Shown: piece by piece, positions 44,262 to 61,200 of the stretch | Layout of the letters: every line of letters starts with the position of its first letter | Numbering within the stretch: position 1 is the first letter of the stretch | Position numbers and translations under genes: made by a program | DNA from: the human T2T-CHM13v2.0 reference genome, Homo sapiens | Assembly: GCF_009914755.1 (NCBI RefSeq) | Contig: NC_060939.1 | Direction: 5' to 3' (one strand) | Length of the DNA: 64,000 nucleotides | The notes under the pieces: model-generated | The model's database searches: none | The model's input: only the letters and a program-made list of their open reading frames with translations | Told to the model about the DNA's origin: nothing

Positions 44262-45098
44262 GTGGCTCTATATTTTCTCTACGCCATCACTGGGTCCTCT
44301 TCTTATTCTTCTCTCCAAGCTGGGTTAACAGTAGACAGGACCCATTTCTGTGTGATGTTAGGAGGGAATGAAGTCTTATGCTGGGGAGGTGGGCAAGTAT
44401 CAATTTCCTTAATATCTTGAATCCTGTGGGTCCAAAATGTGGCTTGGAAATCTAAGTAGCATGTGGCTTAATTACTAATCCCACCCTTTGCTGTTGCATC
44501 CCAGCCCTATTCCTGGTGCATTTATGCCCAGAGAGGTGGCATTATTTCCTGGGGTGGCATTCAGCTCCTCTTGAGTTGGTGCCACAGCATTTGTGGGCTT
44601 TGAAGCAAAGGTACAGGAAATGTCAAGGGTGCCACCCCGGCAACCTTGAGCAAGTCACCCCTCCTATTTGTAAAATGAGGAAGGAAAGGTAACAAACTGT
44701 GGAGTCAGAGAGAAGTAGGTTGGAATCCTCTTTGTCATTTAGTAGCTGTTTGACCTAAGGTGGTTTACTGAACTTCTCAGTTTCTCCATCTGTAAAATGA
44801 GAATTCTAGCAACTCGTAGGGTATTTGTGAGATGTTGCATGCAAAGCCCCCAGCACCATGCCTGTCCTAGCTTAAGCACCCACCAGGTGTCGATAAGTAA
44901 TTGTTCTTCCCTGGACTGCCTGCACATCTAGGGCACCCCAGGAAGAGTCACCGCACTCTGTTTCGGGGCTCGGCTCTCTGAGGGGAGGGCATCCTGTATG
45001 GGGAGGAGGGTCTGGACCAGAGCTGTCCCTGATCGCTAGAATCAACGGCAGAATTCTTGTTATTTTAATAATAATTAATAATTTAGTGCTTCCACTAA

Positions 45099-45635
<537 letters not shown>

Positions 45636-48600
45636 TAACAAGCTCCCCGCTGCTGCTGGCCCGGGGGCCAAGCTATGAGAGAAGCACTGCCTAAGCATCA
45701 GGTGTTAGGATGTGCAGCCACAGTTGAGAGCTGGCCCCAGGGCTGGGCGCCACCAAGGTGCACTCAGTCACAGGTCCAGCCTCTCCCCATGCCGCCTCCC
45801 TTGGCTGCCTGTTCATGCAGAGAGGTCCACAGCCCGGCAAGATGGGTCCCAAATGGCCCACTGCACAGATGAGGGACTCGACCAAGGTTAAGAACCCAAG
45901 AGATTTCAATCCAGACCTGCCTGATCCCCAAACTCAAGTGTTTTTTTCCCCTCAGCTGTCCTAGGATGGCAATGCCTCCCATCTGAGCCACTGACCTCTG
46001 GGAAGCTGGAGGGCCCCCTCCCGTGTCTGGAAGAGGTGGGAGATGCAATCTACTCTCACAGGGTTCTCTCCCACCCTGTCCACAGGGTTTCAAGGTGATG
46101 ACCCAGCCCCCTGCAGTTTTATGATTTCTTACGTGCCTTCAAGGCTGCTGGGTGCGTCGGCCTTGTCTGGCTATGACTGGCCACCAGGTGGTGGCCGTGG
46201 GCCGTCTGTCCTCCTGAAAGCTTCGAGGGCAGAACCTGCATAATGAACATTTTGGGATGAGGTGTGAGGGACAGTGTCTTCAAAAATGCCTAGGGGGCTG
46301 CTCCAGGGATGCTCTAGGCAGTCTTCACTCAGCCACAGATGCTAAGGCTCAGAGAGGGGTTGGAGCATGATGCAGCCTGGCCTGGGAGGTGAGCCCAGGC
46401 TTTCTGACTCCCAGCCCAAGGTTCTGTCCATGGCTTCAGGCTTCCTTGAGAGGAGAGACAAACCAGGTTTCCTGAAGTCAGAGCAGTTCAAAGGGAATTT
46501 CCAGCCCGACTTGCTTAGATGCCCTGAGGGGAGAGAAAACCGGGGAGGTGCCCACCACCCCCACTCCCAGGCAGGCAGGACCCCGGAGAGCAGCAGGTGC
46601 GGCAGTCACGTAAAACACAGGCAACGAGAGCTCTAGAAAGAGCACCAGCTTTAGAGTCAGCTGACCTGGGCTGAGGCTCTGGCTTGAGTCATGGCGGGCA
46701 AGTGTCTTACTTCTGTGACACTCAGTATCCGCAGCCACCATATGGGCTTTCCTGCCACGCAGGGCTGAAAAGAAGATTGAGAGTCTGTATGCAGGGTGCC
46801 CAGCACTGGGCGGGGGGCCGGGGCAGGAGGGGCAGGGGCCGATAAACAGCATCCATCACTACTGATCTAAAAATCAAGAGCTGCCTTGGGGCTGCCCCTC
46901 TAGACTCCTCAACACAATTGGAGTCAATGCCAGCAAATGCGGGGTTTATTCCGATGAGGTTTGAGGATGGGAGAAGGAAAGGCGATGTTTATTGAGGTGG
47001 TAATGTCTAGCCCACGGGGAGCCCTATCTGGGGTCCCAGTCAGGGCAGGCAGCTCAGGCTATCTGGTGTCCCCTGAGCCGACGGGAGGGCCTGCGTCTTA
47101 GCAGGTACTACTTCCTCCTCCTGCAGCTGCCCCAGCTGAGCCTACAGGGTACACCTAGAGAGAGAGAAAGGTGGGTGTATTCCAGGCATCTATTCCAAGG
47201 GTCACAGATGAAAATGTCTCAAGGGCCTGTCCTGAAAAATAAATGACTGAAACAGACCAGCTGTGCTGTGGGGAACAGGGAGTGTACGTCTTGCTGGAGC
47301 AGGCAGTTACCACTCAGCCCCAGCTTGCTGCGGCCATGCACAAGTGCTGGCCATTGTGCACATTGTCAGGGCTGTGTCTGGCCCACAGGCCACCAGTCTG
47401 AAACCTAAACTCCAGTCCACCTCCCAGCTGATACCTGACTCTTTCTGACTGGGAGTCATCTACCCTTGGCCTGGATGTGTCCAAGGACAGAAAATCAACT
47501 TCTCAAAAGCACTTCTCAGAGGGTGGGGGCCCTGGATTTAGGCATAGCAAGGTTTGTCCCCCTCAAGCTCACGCCCACAAGAAATTCAATCCCACTTTAA
47601 TGAGGTGACCTGTGACACATCTTCAAATGGTTTTCATGTCACCACCCTCTCCCGTGAGTCTTTGACTTTCCAGGTTAAATGTACTCATTTTCTCAATGTT
47701 TTCCTTTTATGTGAAACCCCTCCCGATTTCTCCTCTACCCCCCGCCAGCTGCCCCCCTACCCATTCCTACAACCTGGCTTCCTTGTCCCTTCTCTCCCCA
47801 CACTCCCCAAGCCCCGCTCTCAGTGGGTCCTTAACAAACGGGGAAAAGGTGGAGAGAGAAGCAGGACCCAGGTGAGCTGAGGGAAAGAGCAGCATCCACC
47901 ATCCAGCTGAGGCTGGTGGAAAGACCTGCGGCAGTGGCAGGATGAACTAAGGTGTCAGGGACAAGAGTCACTGCCTGCCACCTAACCGTGCAGGCATCAA
48001 AGAGACTTTTTGGGTAGCTGGAAATAACAGTCTAAAACACGGCCCCACCTTTCTGAGCACACCTGAGTCACCTCTGACTCAGACCCAGACTCCTGGGCTG
48101 ACCCAGTGAGGGGATTGGAAACGCTGCCCCGCCCCTCTCAGTCCCCTTTTCCGTCCCCTCTTCCAGCCCATCTCAGCCAGAATAGAGAAAAGTGCGGCTT
48201 CTATTCAGGGGTGTACTCACGTTCCTCCTACCCTGAACCACTGAATGTCTCCAGGCACATCCCAGCCCCTGCTTCCCCACTGTCCCCCAGCCCCATCCGA
48301 AGGCCCATTGTTGTCTCCAAGGGTGTCAGCCAGCCCTGTCCCAGTTCCAGGAGTGGTAACCAGCACAGCCCAGCTTCCTGTCCAGTGTTCTGCGGGCTGG
48401 GCCAGGCTCTGCAGCCAAGAGGCTTACTCACTGGTGGAACAATTTCTCCTCTATATGGAAAGAACATATGCTTTTCCTGCTGGGGGATGAGAGACTTTCG
48501 AGTAGCTTTGCCGAGACGTGGAGGAAAAGGCAAACGCTGGCCTAGCCCCAGCACCCAGATTTCCAGCAATGTTTGTCTTGTGGCAGAAGCTGCAGGCCTC

Positions 48601-49131
48601 TGTTCCCAGGCACATGGGGAGGCCCAGGGAACACTGCTTGGAACCCTTGGTTTTAGGGCACTGACCGGGTCCCCTCTTTCAGGGATGGATGTCCTGCACT
48701 CCTCATTCTCCTATTCCATTCTCCCAATTTTAGGGCTAGAACAGAGCAGAAAGACCTGAACTTAGTTCTGCCAGAGCCCCTCTCCAGCCTTGAGGTCCCT
48801 CCAGAATGGAAATGTCAGTGCCCACCTCAGAGGGTGCTTGTAGGTTTATAGGGACACACAACAAGTACTTAAAAGACAATAACCACTGTGTTGTTATTAA
48901 TGTTGTTCTCCTCCCAATGCATGTTTACTCAGCATCTCCTGTGTGCTGGGGGCTGTACTCGGCCCTGGGAATGAAGGTAGAGGAAGAGCTGGCTATTGCC
49001 CCCAAGCTGCTACCTGCCCCCGCTCCACCCCCTTAAACATGTTCATGTGCATACACCTGCAGGGCATAAGGCACAAATAATACAACACTTATGTTTAAAA
49101 AAAAAAACTAGTTTTTGAAATAACTTGGGAT

Positions 49132-50075
49132 GGCCAGGTGCAGTGGCTCATACCTGTAATCCCAGAGCTTTGCGAGACCAAGGTGGGAGGATCACTTAAG
49201 GCCAGGAGTTTGAGACCAACCTGGGCAACATAGACCCTGTCTCTACAAAAAAAATACAAAAATGAGCCAGACATGGTGGTGCATGCCTGTGGTTCTAGAT
49301 ACTTGGGAGGCTGAGAATGGAGGATCACTTGAGCCCGGAGTTCAGTGCTGCAGTGAGCTATGATTGCATTACTGCACTCCAGTGGCATAGGCTAAATAGC
49401 AGAGAGAATACAGCTAAATGAGAAATTACTGAGCTAAATGACTTGGTTGAGAACCTCATCCAAAAGACATCAGGAAGGGATAAAGAAATGAGAATGAAAG
49501 ACAAGTCAGGAGATAGAAAAGAAGAAATGTTCTGATCTATAGTAGCCAGCTTCAAAGACAGCCCTCAGTGATCTCTATCTCCTGATATTCACTTCCTTGT
49601 GTAGAAGTCAACCCACCTCCTCACAACATTGACTAGGTCAGACCTGTGTAACTGGTAGAATATTAAGGAACTAACAGATTGTAGTTTCCAAGTCCAGACC
49701 ATAAATGTCAATGTGGCTTTCTTCTTACTCTCTCTGAAATCCCTTGCTCAGGGGTATGCCAACTGCCATGTTGGGGGGATACCCAATCAATCCTACAAAG
49801 AGGTCCACATTTGCAGGAACTGAGGGCCACTGCCAACATCAACTTGCCAGTCATGTGAGTGAGCCATCCTGGAATCAGATTCTCTAACACCAGCCAAGTC
49901 TTCAGATGATTGCAGCCTTGACCAACATCTTGACTCCAACTTTGAGAGACTCTGAGCCAGAATCACCCAGCTAAGTCACCCCAGATTCCTGACCTCAAGA
50001 AATTGCACAAGATAATAAAGGCTTAATACTGTTTTAAGCCATTAAGTTTTAGGGTAGTTTTTAATGCAACAATAG
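49132..50075 (+). mobile_element. Truncated AluJ (49132-49385) and MLT1 LTR (~49540-50075) within old L1M/HAL1 sequence
   Basis: MaLR 3' end TGTTTTAAGCCATTAAGTTTTAGGGTAGTT...GCAACAATAGAT. Confidence 0.65.
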
Positions 50076-53000
50076 ATCTATATACTAGAAACCCCAAAAG
50101 ACTAAACAGAGTAGAGAAAATATTTGAAAAAATAATAACCAAGAATTTCCCATAATACAAAAGAATGCATGTTAATATGGAAAGAATCCACTGCATTCCC
50201 AACTAAGTCTGTAAGTATAAATTCACATCTAGATACATTTCAGTGGAATCTTAAAAGTCTGAAAGTCAAAAATGAAATTCTTTTGTCCTTAATGTAGAGC
50301 CTGGAAAAAAAATTTTAAGTAAAGTTCTATAAGCTTCCAGAGAGGAAAAGATCACCTACAAAGAAGTAAGAGTGAGATTGATATCTAACTTCTCAACAGC
50401 AACATTCAATGCAGGGAAATGGAATAACATCTTCAAAGAGTAGAAGGAAAAGAACTTTGAACATACACTTCCATGTTTAACTAAGTTTTTATTTAAAACG
50501 CAGAAACAGTCATACTGGAAAATGGGAGTTTCATAAAAAACTAAACATGCAACTACCATACAACCCAGCAATTGCATTCCTGGGCATTTATCCAAGAGAA
50601 ACAAAAACATATGTTCACACAAAAATCTGTACATGGATGTTTATAGCTGCTTTACCCATAATAGTAAAAAACTGGAGACAACCCAGACGTCCTTCAATGG
50701 GTGAGTGGTTAAATAAACTGTGATGTGTCCATACCATGTAATGCTACTATAATAAAGGGAAACTATTTATACACTTAACAACTTAGATCAATCTCCAGAG
50801 AATTATGTTGAGTGTAAAAGTCAATCCCAAAAGGTGTATACTGCATGATTCCACTTAAAAAAATTTCTGTAAGTGACAAAATTATAAACATGGAGAACTG
50901 TTTCATAGTTCCCAGAAGTTGCAGGTGGGAAGAGGAGATTGTGGTGGCAGGTACGGCATTCTGAATAGTGAGACCTCTCACATCTGTACAGCTTCCCACA
51001 CTGTGCCTCCAAAATGCTTCTGTTAATCTCTAACCTCCTGGCGTGAGACAAAAGAATTTCTCTCTGAGGAAACTGACCAAGCCAATGGCAAAAACCTATA
51101 GATATTGCTATCTGGGGTTCCCAGTGAACCAGCTGGACTTCTGCTCCATCACCCTACAGTGAGGCCCACAGTCAATGAGCCCTTTCCACACAAAGACAGA
51201 TCCCCTAATCAGGCTTTTAGTGCCTCACTCTTCAATATGAATAGCCAGCAAAGGATCACCAGGCTTTTGAGGAAAGTTTCTACCTGAAAGTTACCCCAAC
51301 AAAGAGTAGGTGAAAACTGAGAAGGAATAAATACAAAGCAGGGAGGACACTTTAAAGAAAGAAAGGGGGAAAAAGAGCATAATTAATATTATCAGAAAAC
51401 AAATCAAATATATTACATCCAAAAAGTAAATATCACTACTTAAAAAGGAATATTTAAAGAACAAAAAATGTTCTTCACAAGTAAAAATAGTACAGCATAG
51501 ATTTTAAATGCAATAAAATATTAAAATATCAAGTTGTGTAAAACTTCCAGAAAATAGACCAAAAAGTTAAAGAGAAAAGAAGACAGATGGAGGCGGAGCA
51601 AGATGGCTGAGTAGAAGCCTTCACTGATCATCCTCCCAAAGGAACACCAAAGTGAACAAAAAAGCACCTTCATAAAAACCAAAAATCAGGTGAGCGATCA
51701 CAGTACCTGGTTTTAACTTCATATCACTGAAATAGGCACTGAAGAGGGTAGGAAAGATAGTCCTGAGTTGCTGGTGCCATCCCCTCCTCGTTTCCCCGTC
51801 AGCAGCCTGTGGTGCAGACAGATAATCTGCACTTGTGGGTGGGAGAGAAACAGTGACTGTGGGACTTTGTGTTAGAACTCAATGCTGCCTGGTCACAGTG
51901 GAAAGCAACACCAGGCAGAACTCAGCTGGCACCCATGGAGGGAGCATGTAGACCAGCCCTAGCCAGAGGGGAATCACCCATCCCAGCAGTTGGAACTTGA
52001 GTTCCAGCAAGTCCCGCCATCGTGGGCTAAAGTGCTCTAGGGTTCTAAGTAAACTTGAGAGACAACCTAGACCACAAGAACTGCAGTTCCTGGGCAAGTC
52101 TTGGTGCTGTGCTGGGCTTGGAGCCAGTGGATTTGCCGGGCAAATGACCTAGTGAGACACCAGCCAGGGAAGCCAAGAAAGTGCTTGCACCACTCCCCCA
52201 CCCGCCCCAGCCCCAGGCAGTGCAGCAAGCAGCTCTGGAAGAGATTCTTTTCCTCCACTTAAGGAGAAGAGGGGGAAGAGTAAAGAGGACTTTGTCTTGC
52301 AACTTGGGTACTAGCTTGGCCAAAGTAGGATAGGGCACCAGGCAGAGTCCTGAGGCCTCCATTCTAGGCCCTAGCTCCCAGACAACATTTCTAGATACAC
52401 CTTGGGCCAGAAGGGAAACTGCCGTTTTGAAGGGAAGGACCCAGTCCTGTCAGGATCCATCACCTGCTTACTAAAGAGCCCTTGGGCCCTGAATAATCCA
52501 CAATGATACCCAGGCAATACTTGCTATGGGTCTTGACATTTCTGGACCTGCCCTGGGCCAGAGGATAGCCCACTGCCCTGATGGGAAAATCTCAGGCTTG
52601 GTATCATTCACCACAAGCTGACTGAAGAGCTCTCAGGCCTTAAGTGAATATCAGTGGTAGCCAAGTTGTACTCACCACAGGCCTGGGATGATGGCAGCCA
52701 TGGGGGGAGACTCCTCTACTTGTGGAATGGGAAGGGAAGGGTGGGAAGGACTTTGTCTTGTGGCTTGGATGCTAGCTCAGCTGCAGTGGAATAGAGCATC
52801 AGGTAGATTCCTAAGGTTTCCAACTCCAGGCCCTGGCTCCCAGAGAGCATCTCTAGACCTGCCCAGGGCCAAGAGGAGCTCACCATCCTGAAGGAAAGGA
52901 CGCAAGCCTGGCTGGCTTTACCACCTGCTGATTGTAGAGCACTAGGGCCTTGGACGAACATAGGCAGTGATTACCACAGGCTTAGGCGAGACCCAGTGCT

Positions 53001-54415
53001 GTGCTGGCTTCGGATCTGTCCCAGTGCAGTCTCAGTGGTAGTAGCTACACAGGTGCTGTGTCACACCTCCCCCAGCTCCAGGCAGCGTGGCACAGACAAA
53101 GAGGCTCTATTTGTTTGGGAGAAAGTAAGAGAAGAGAACAAGAGCCTCTGCCTGGTAATCCAGAGAACTCTTCCAGATCTTATTCAAGACTGCCAAGGCA
53201 GTACCTCTGTGAGTCTGTATGAGCCACAGCATTACTGGGTTTGGGGTGCCCCCTAATGCGTATATGGATGCAGTGACCAAAAACTTAGATCACAACACTC
53301 AAGTTCCTTCAAATGCCTGGGAAGCCTTCCCAAGAAAGATGGGTAAAAACAAGCTCAGACTGCAAAAACTACAATAAATACTTAACTCTTCAATGCCCGT
53401 ATGCCAGTGAGCATCTACAAGCATCAAGACCATCCCGGAAAACATGACCTCACCAAACGAACTAAATAAGTCACCAGTGACCAATCTGGAGAGACAGAGA
53501 TATGTGACCTTTCAGACAGATAATTCAAAATAGCTGCTTTGAGGAAACTCAGTGAAATTCAAGAAAACACAGAGAAGGAATTCAGAATCCTATCAGATAA
53601 ATTTAACAAAGATACTAAAGTAATTAAAAGGACTCCAGCAGACATTCCGGAGTAGGAAAATGCAATTGGCTACTGAAGAATGCACCAGCGTCTCTCACCA
53701 TCAGAACTGATCAAGCAGAAGAAAGAATTAGTGAGCTTGAAGACAGGCTACTTGAAAATACACAGTCAGAGGAGACAAAAGAATAAAGAATAAAAAACAA
53801 TGAAACATGTCTACAGGATCTAGAAAATAGCCTCAAAAAGACAAATCTAAGAGTTATTGGCCTTTAAAGAGGATGTAAAGAGAGATAGGGATAGAAAGTT
53901 TATTCAAAGTTTATTCAAAGGAATGATAACTGACAACTTCCCAAATCTAGGGGAAGAGATATCAATATTCAAGTATAAGAAAGTTCTAGCATACCAAACA
54001 GACTTAACCCAAATAAGACTACCTTGAGACATTTAATAATCAAACTCTCAAAGGTCAAGGATCAAGAAAGGATCCCAAAAGCAAGAGAAAAGAAACAAAT
54101 AACATACAACGGAGCTCCAACACATGTGGCAGCAGACTTTTCAGTGAAAACTTTATAGGCCAGGAGAGAGTGGCATGACATATTTACAGTGATGAAGGAA
54201 AAAAACTTTTATCCTAGAAAAGTATATGCATTGAAAATACCCTTCAAAAATGAAGCAGAAACAAAGAAAGTTGAAGTGTAGCATTTTATTAGTTTTCTCT
54301 TTGTTTGTTAGTTTGTTTATACAATCAGTGTTAAGTTGTCATCAGTTTAAAATAATGAGTTGTAAGATATTATTTGCAAGCCTCATGGTAATCTCAAATC
54401 AAAAAACCTACAACG

Positions 54416-55126
<711 letters not shown>

Positions 55127-55239
55127 TCACCTTCACTAAAAGGAAGAAAGCAAGGAAGAAAATAAAGAAGACCACAAAACAACCAGAAAATAAATAACAA
55201 AATGGGAAGAGTAAGTACTTACTTATTGATAATAACATT

Positions 55240-55915
<676 letters not shown>

Positions 55916-56874
55916 GGCAAGAAACAACATTGAATGTAAATGGACTAAACTCTGCAATCAAGAGACAGAGAGTGGCTGAATAGATTAAAAAAAAAAACAA
56001 AAAACCCAGTGATCTGTTGCCTATAAGAAACACACTTCACCTATAAAGACACACATAGACTAGAAATAAAGAGATGGAAAAATATATTCCATGCAAATGG
56101 AAACCAAAAAAGGGCAGGAGTAGCTATACTTACATCAGACAAAATAAATTCCAAGACAAAAACCAAAAGTCATTATACAATGATAAAAGAGTTAATTCAC
56201 TAAGAGGATATAACAATTGTAAATATATATGCACCCAACATTGGAACACCCAGATATATAAAGCGAACATTATTAGAGCTAAAGAGAGACATACACCCCA
56301 ATACAATAATAACTGGAGACTTCAACACTTTGCTTTCAGCATTGGACAGATCATCCAGACAGAAAATCAACAAAGAAACACTGGACTTAATCTGCACTAC
56401 AGACCAAATGGACCTAAAAGATATTTACAGAACATTTTATCCAATGGCTGCAGAATACACATTCTTCTCAGCACATGGAACATTCTCAAGGACAGACCAT
56501 ATGTTAAGACAAAACAAGTCTTAAAAAATTCAAAAAAAATTGAGATGATATCATGTATCTTCTGTGATCACAATGGAATAAAACTAGAAATCAATAACAA
56601 GAGGTATTTTGGAAACTATACAAACACATGGAAATTAAACAATATGCTCCTGAATGACCAGTGGGTCAATGAGAAATTAGGAGGGAAATTTTTAAATTCC
56701 TTTATTTTATGTTATTTTTTGCTCATGCTGCCTTGTCTCAGAAAAAAAAATCTTGAAACAAATGATAATGGAAACACAACATACCAAAACCTATTGGCTG
56801 TAGTGAAAGAAATACTAAGAGGAATATTTAATTATAGCTGTAAGCACCTACATCAAAAAAGTAGAACAATTCCA

Positions 56875-57165
56875 GGCCAGGTATGGTGGCTCACACCTAT
56901 AATCCCAGCACTTTGGGAGGCCAAGGTGGGCAGATCACTTGAGCCAGGAGTTCAAGACCAGCCTGGCCAACATGATGAATCCCATCTCTACTAAAAATGC
57001 CCAGAATTAGCCAGGTGTGGTGGTGCATGCCTGTAGTCTCAGCTACTCAGGTGGCTGAAGCACAAGAATCACTTGAACCTGGGAGGCAGAGGTTGCAGTA
57101 AGCCGAAATGGCACCACTGCACTCCAGCCTGGGTGACAGAATGAGACTCTGTCTCAAAAAAAAAA
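56875..57165 (+). mobile_element. AluS
   Basis: Full Alu, AAAAAAGTAGAA-type TSD. Confidence 0.9.
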
Positions 57166-57211
57166 GTAGAAAGGTAGAAAAATTTTAAGTAAACAACCTA
57201 ATGATGCATCT

Positions 57212-57232
57212 CTGTGTGTGTGTGTGTGTGTA

Positions 57233-57272
<40 letters not shown>

Positions 57273-57423
57273 TGAGTGAGACTGACTCTCACTCTGTCTC
57301 CCAGGCTGGAGTACAGCGGCATGATCTTAGCTCACTGCAACCTCCGCCTCTCCGGCTCAAGTGATCCTCCCACCTCAGCCTCCCAAGTATCTGGGACTTC
57401 AGGTGTGAGCCACAGCACCCAGG
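57212..57423 (-). mobile_element. Alu monomer/fragment with a (TG)n(AG)n microsatellite in place of its tail
   Basis: TSD TGATGCATCT at 57202-57211 and 57424-57433. Confidence 0.8.
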
Positions 57424-57573
57424 TGATGCATCTTAAAGAACTAGGAAAGCAAGAGCAAACAAAATCCAAAATTAGTAGAAGAAAGGAAATAATAAAGATC
57501 AGATGAGAAATATATGAAATGGAAGTGAAGAAAAAATACAAAAGATCAATGAAAAGAAAAGTTAGTTTTTTGA

Positions 57574-58213
<640 letters not shown>

Positions 58214-61200
58214 TTTACCAAACATTTGAAGAAGAACAAATACGAAGCTTACTCAAAGTATTCCAAAAAATAGAGGAGGAGGGAATACTTCCAAACTCAT
58301 TTTACAAGGTCAGTGTTACTCTAATACAAAGACACAATAAAAAAAAGAAAAGAAAGAAAACTACAAGCAAATATCCCTGATGAACATTTATGCAAAAATC
58401 TTCTACAAATTACTAGCAAACTGAATTCAGCATTAAAAAGATCATTCATCATGACCAAGTGGGATTTATCCCAGGGATGCAAGGATAATTCAACATATGC
58501 AAATCAATCAATGTGATACATCTTATCAACAGAATAAGGACAAAAAAATGATAATTTCAATTGATGCTGAGAAAGCATTTGATAAAATTCAACATCCCTT
58601 CATGATAAAAACCGCCAAAAAACGGGATATACCAGGAACATATCTCAATACAATAAAAGCCATATTTGACAGACCCATAGCTAATATTACACTAAATGGA
58701 GGAAAACTGGAAGCCTTTCATCTAACGTCTAGAACAACAAGGATGCCCACTTTCACCACTGTTATTCAATACAGTACTGGAAGTCCTAGCTAGAGCAATC
58801 AGACAAGAGAAAGAAATAAAGTGCATCCAAATTGAAAAGGAAGAACTCAAATTATCCTTGTTTGTAGATGATATGATCTTATATTTGGAAAAACCTAAAA
58901 ACTCTGCCAAAAAATTATTAGAACTGATAAGTTCAGCAAAGTTGCAGGATACAAAATCAACATACAAAAATCAATGGCGTTTCTATATGCCAAGAGTGAA
59001 CACTCTAAAAAAGAAACCAAGAAAGTAATCCCATTTACAATAGCTACAAATAAAATATCTAGGAATTAACAGAAGAAGTAAAATATCTTTACAGTGAAAA
59101 TTATGAAACAATGAACGAAATTGAAGAGGACACCAAAATATGGAAAGATATTCCATGTTCATGAATTGGAAGAATCAATATTGTTAAAATGTCCATACTA
59201 CCCAATGAATCTACAGATTCAAAACAATCCTTAACAAAATACCAATGAGAGTCTGTATAGAAATAGAAAAAATAATCCTAAAATTTATATGGAACAACTA
59301 AAGACCCAGAATAGCCAAAGTTATCCTGAGAAAAAGATCAAAACTAATGGAATCACATTACCTGATTTCAAATTATACTACAAAGCTACAGTAACCAAAA
59401 CATCATGGTACTGGCATAAAGACAGACGTGTAGACCAATGGAACAGAATAGAGAACCCAGAAACCAATCCATACATCTACAATAAACTCATTTTCTTTGT
59501 TTTTTATTTTATTTATTTTTTGTTACAATAAGCTCATTTTCAACAAACATTCTAAGAACATCCATTGGAGAAAGGAGAGTCTCTTCAATTAATGGTGCTA
59601 GCAAAACTGGATATCAATATGCAGAAAAATTAAACTAGACTATCTCTTGCCATGTATAAAAATGAATTCAAAATGGATTAAAGATTTAAATCTAAGACCT
59701 CACACTATGAAACTACTAAAAGAAAACATTGGGGAAACTCTCTAGAACACTGTATTAGGCAAAGATTTCCTGAGTAATACCAACACACACAGGCAACCAA
59801 AGCAAAAATGGAGAAATGGGATCATATCAAGTTAAAAAGCATCTGCACAACAAAGGAAGCAATCAAAAAAGTGAAGAGGCAACCCACAGAATGAGAAAAA
59901 ATACTTGCAAACTATCCATCTGACAAGGGATTATTAACCAGAATATATAAGGAATCAAACAACTCTATAGGAAAAAAAATCTAATAATATGATTTTAAAA
60001 TGGGCAAAAGAGCTGAATAGGCATCTCTCAAAAGAAGACATCCAAATGGCAAACAGGTATACGAAAAGGTGCTCATTATCATTGACCATCAGAGAAATGC
60101 AAATCAAAACTACAATGAGATATCATCTCACCACAGTTAAAATGGCTTTTATTTAAAAGACAGGTAATAACAAATGCTGGCAAGGATGTGGAGAAAGGGG
60201 AACCTTTGTACACTGTTGTTGGAATGTAAATTAGTACAACCACTATGTAGAACCATTTGGAGATTCTTTTAAAAAACTAAAAATAGAACTATGAGATGAT
60301 CCAGCAATCTCACTGCTAGGTATATACCCAAAAGAAAGGAAAGCAATATATTGAAGAGATAGTCACGCTTCCATGTTTATTGCAGCACTATTCACAACAG
60401 CCAAGATTTGGAAGCAACCTAAATGTCCATCAACAGACAAATGGAAAAAGAAAATGTGGTACATATACACAATAGAGTACTATTCAGTCATCAAAAGAAT
60501 GAGATCCTCTCATTTGCAACAACATGGATGGAACTGGAGGCCATTATGTTAAGTGAAATAAGTGAGGTACGGAAAGACAAATTCCACTTATTTTCATGTC
60601 CTCACTTATTTGTGGGAGTTAAAAATTAAAACAACCAAACTCATGAGAGATAGAGAGTAGAAGGTTGGTTACCAGAGGCTGGGAAGTGTTGTGGGGAGTG
60701 GGGAGGAAGGAAAGATGGTTGACGGGTATAAAAATATAGTTAGATAGGATGAATAGTATTTGATAGTACAACAGAGTGGCTACAGTCAACAATAATTTAT
60801 TGTACATTTTAAAATAAGTAAAAGAGTATAACTGGATTGTTTGCAACACAAAGGATAAATGCTTGAGGTGGCAGATACCCCATTACCCTGACATGCATTG
60901 TGTGCCTGTATCAAAATATCCCATGTACCCCATAAAAATATATGCCTACTATGTACCCACAGAAATTAAAAACAAAAAAGAAAATGGGACAGAACAGATA
61001 AGAAAACTAGAGGCTTCACTTAGAAATTTAATATCTGATGAATAGGAATTCTAGAAAGAGAAGAGAGAAAACAGGGAGGAGGAAAATTTATCAGAACAGA
61101 AGTGTATGGATCATCTAAGACAAAGGGCTCCCTAGAGGCTCAACAAGATGACTAAAGGAAGACCCACACCAAGGGACATCACTATGGAAATTAAGTCACT

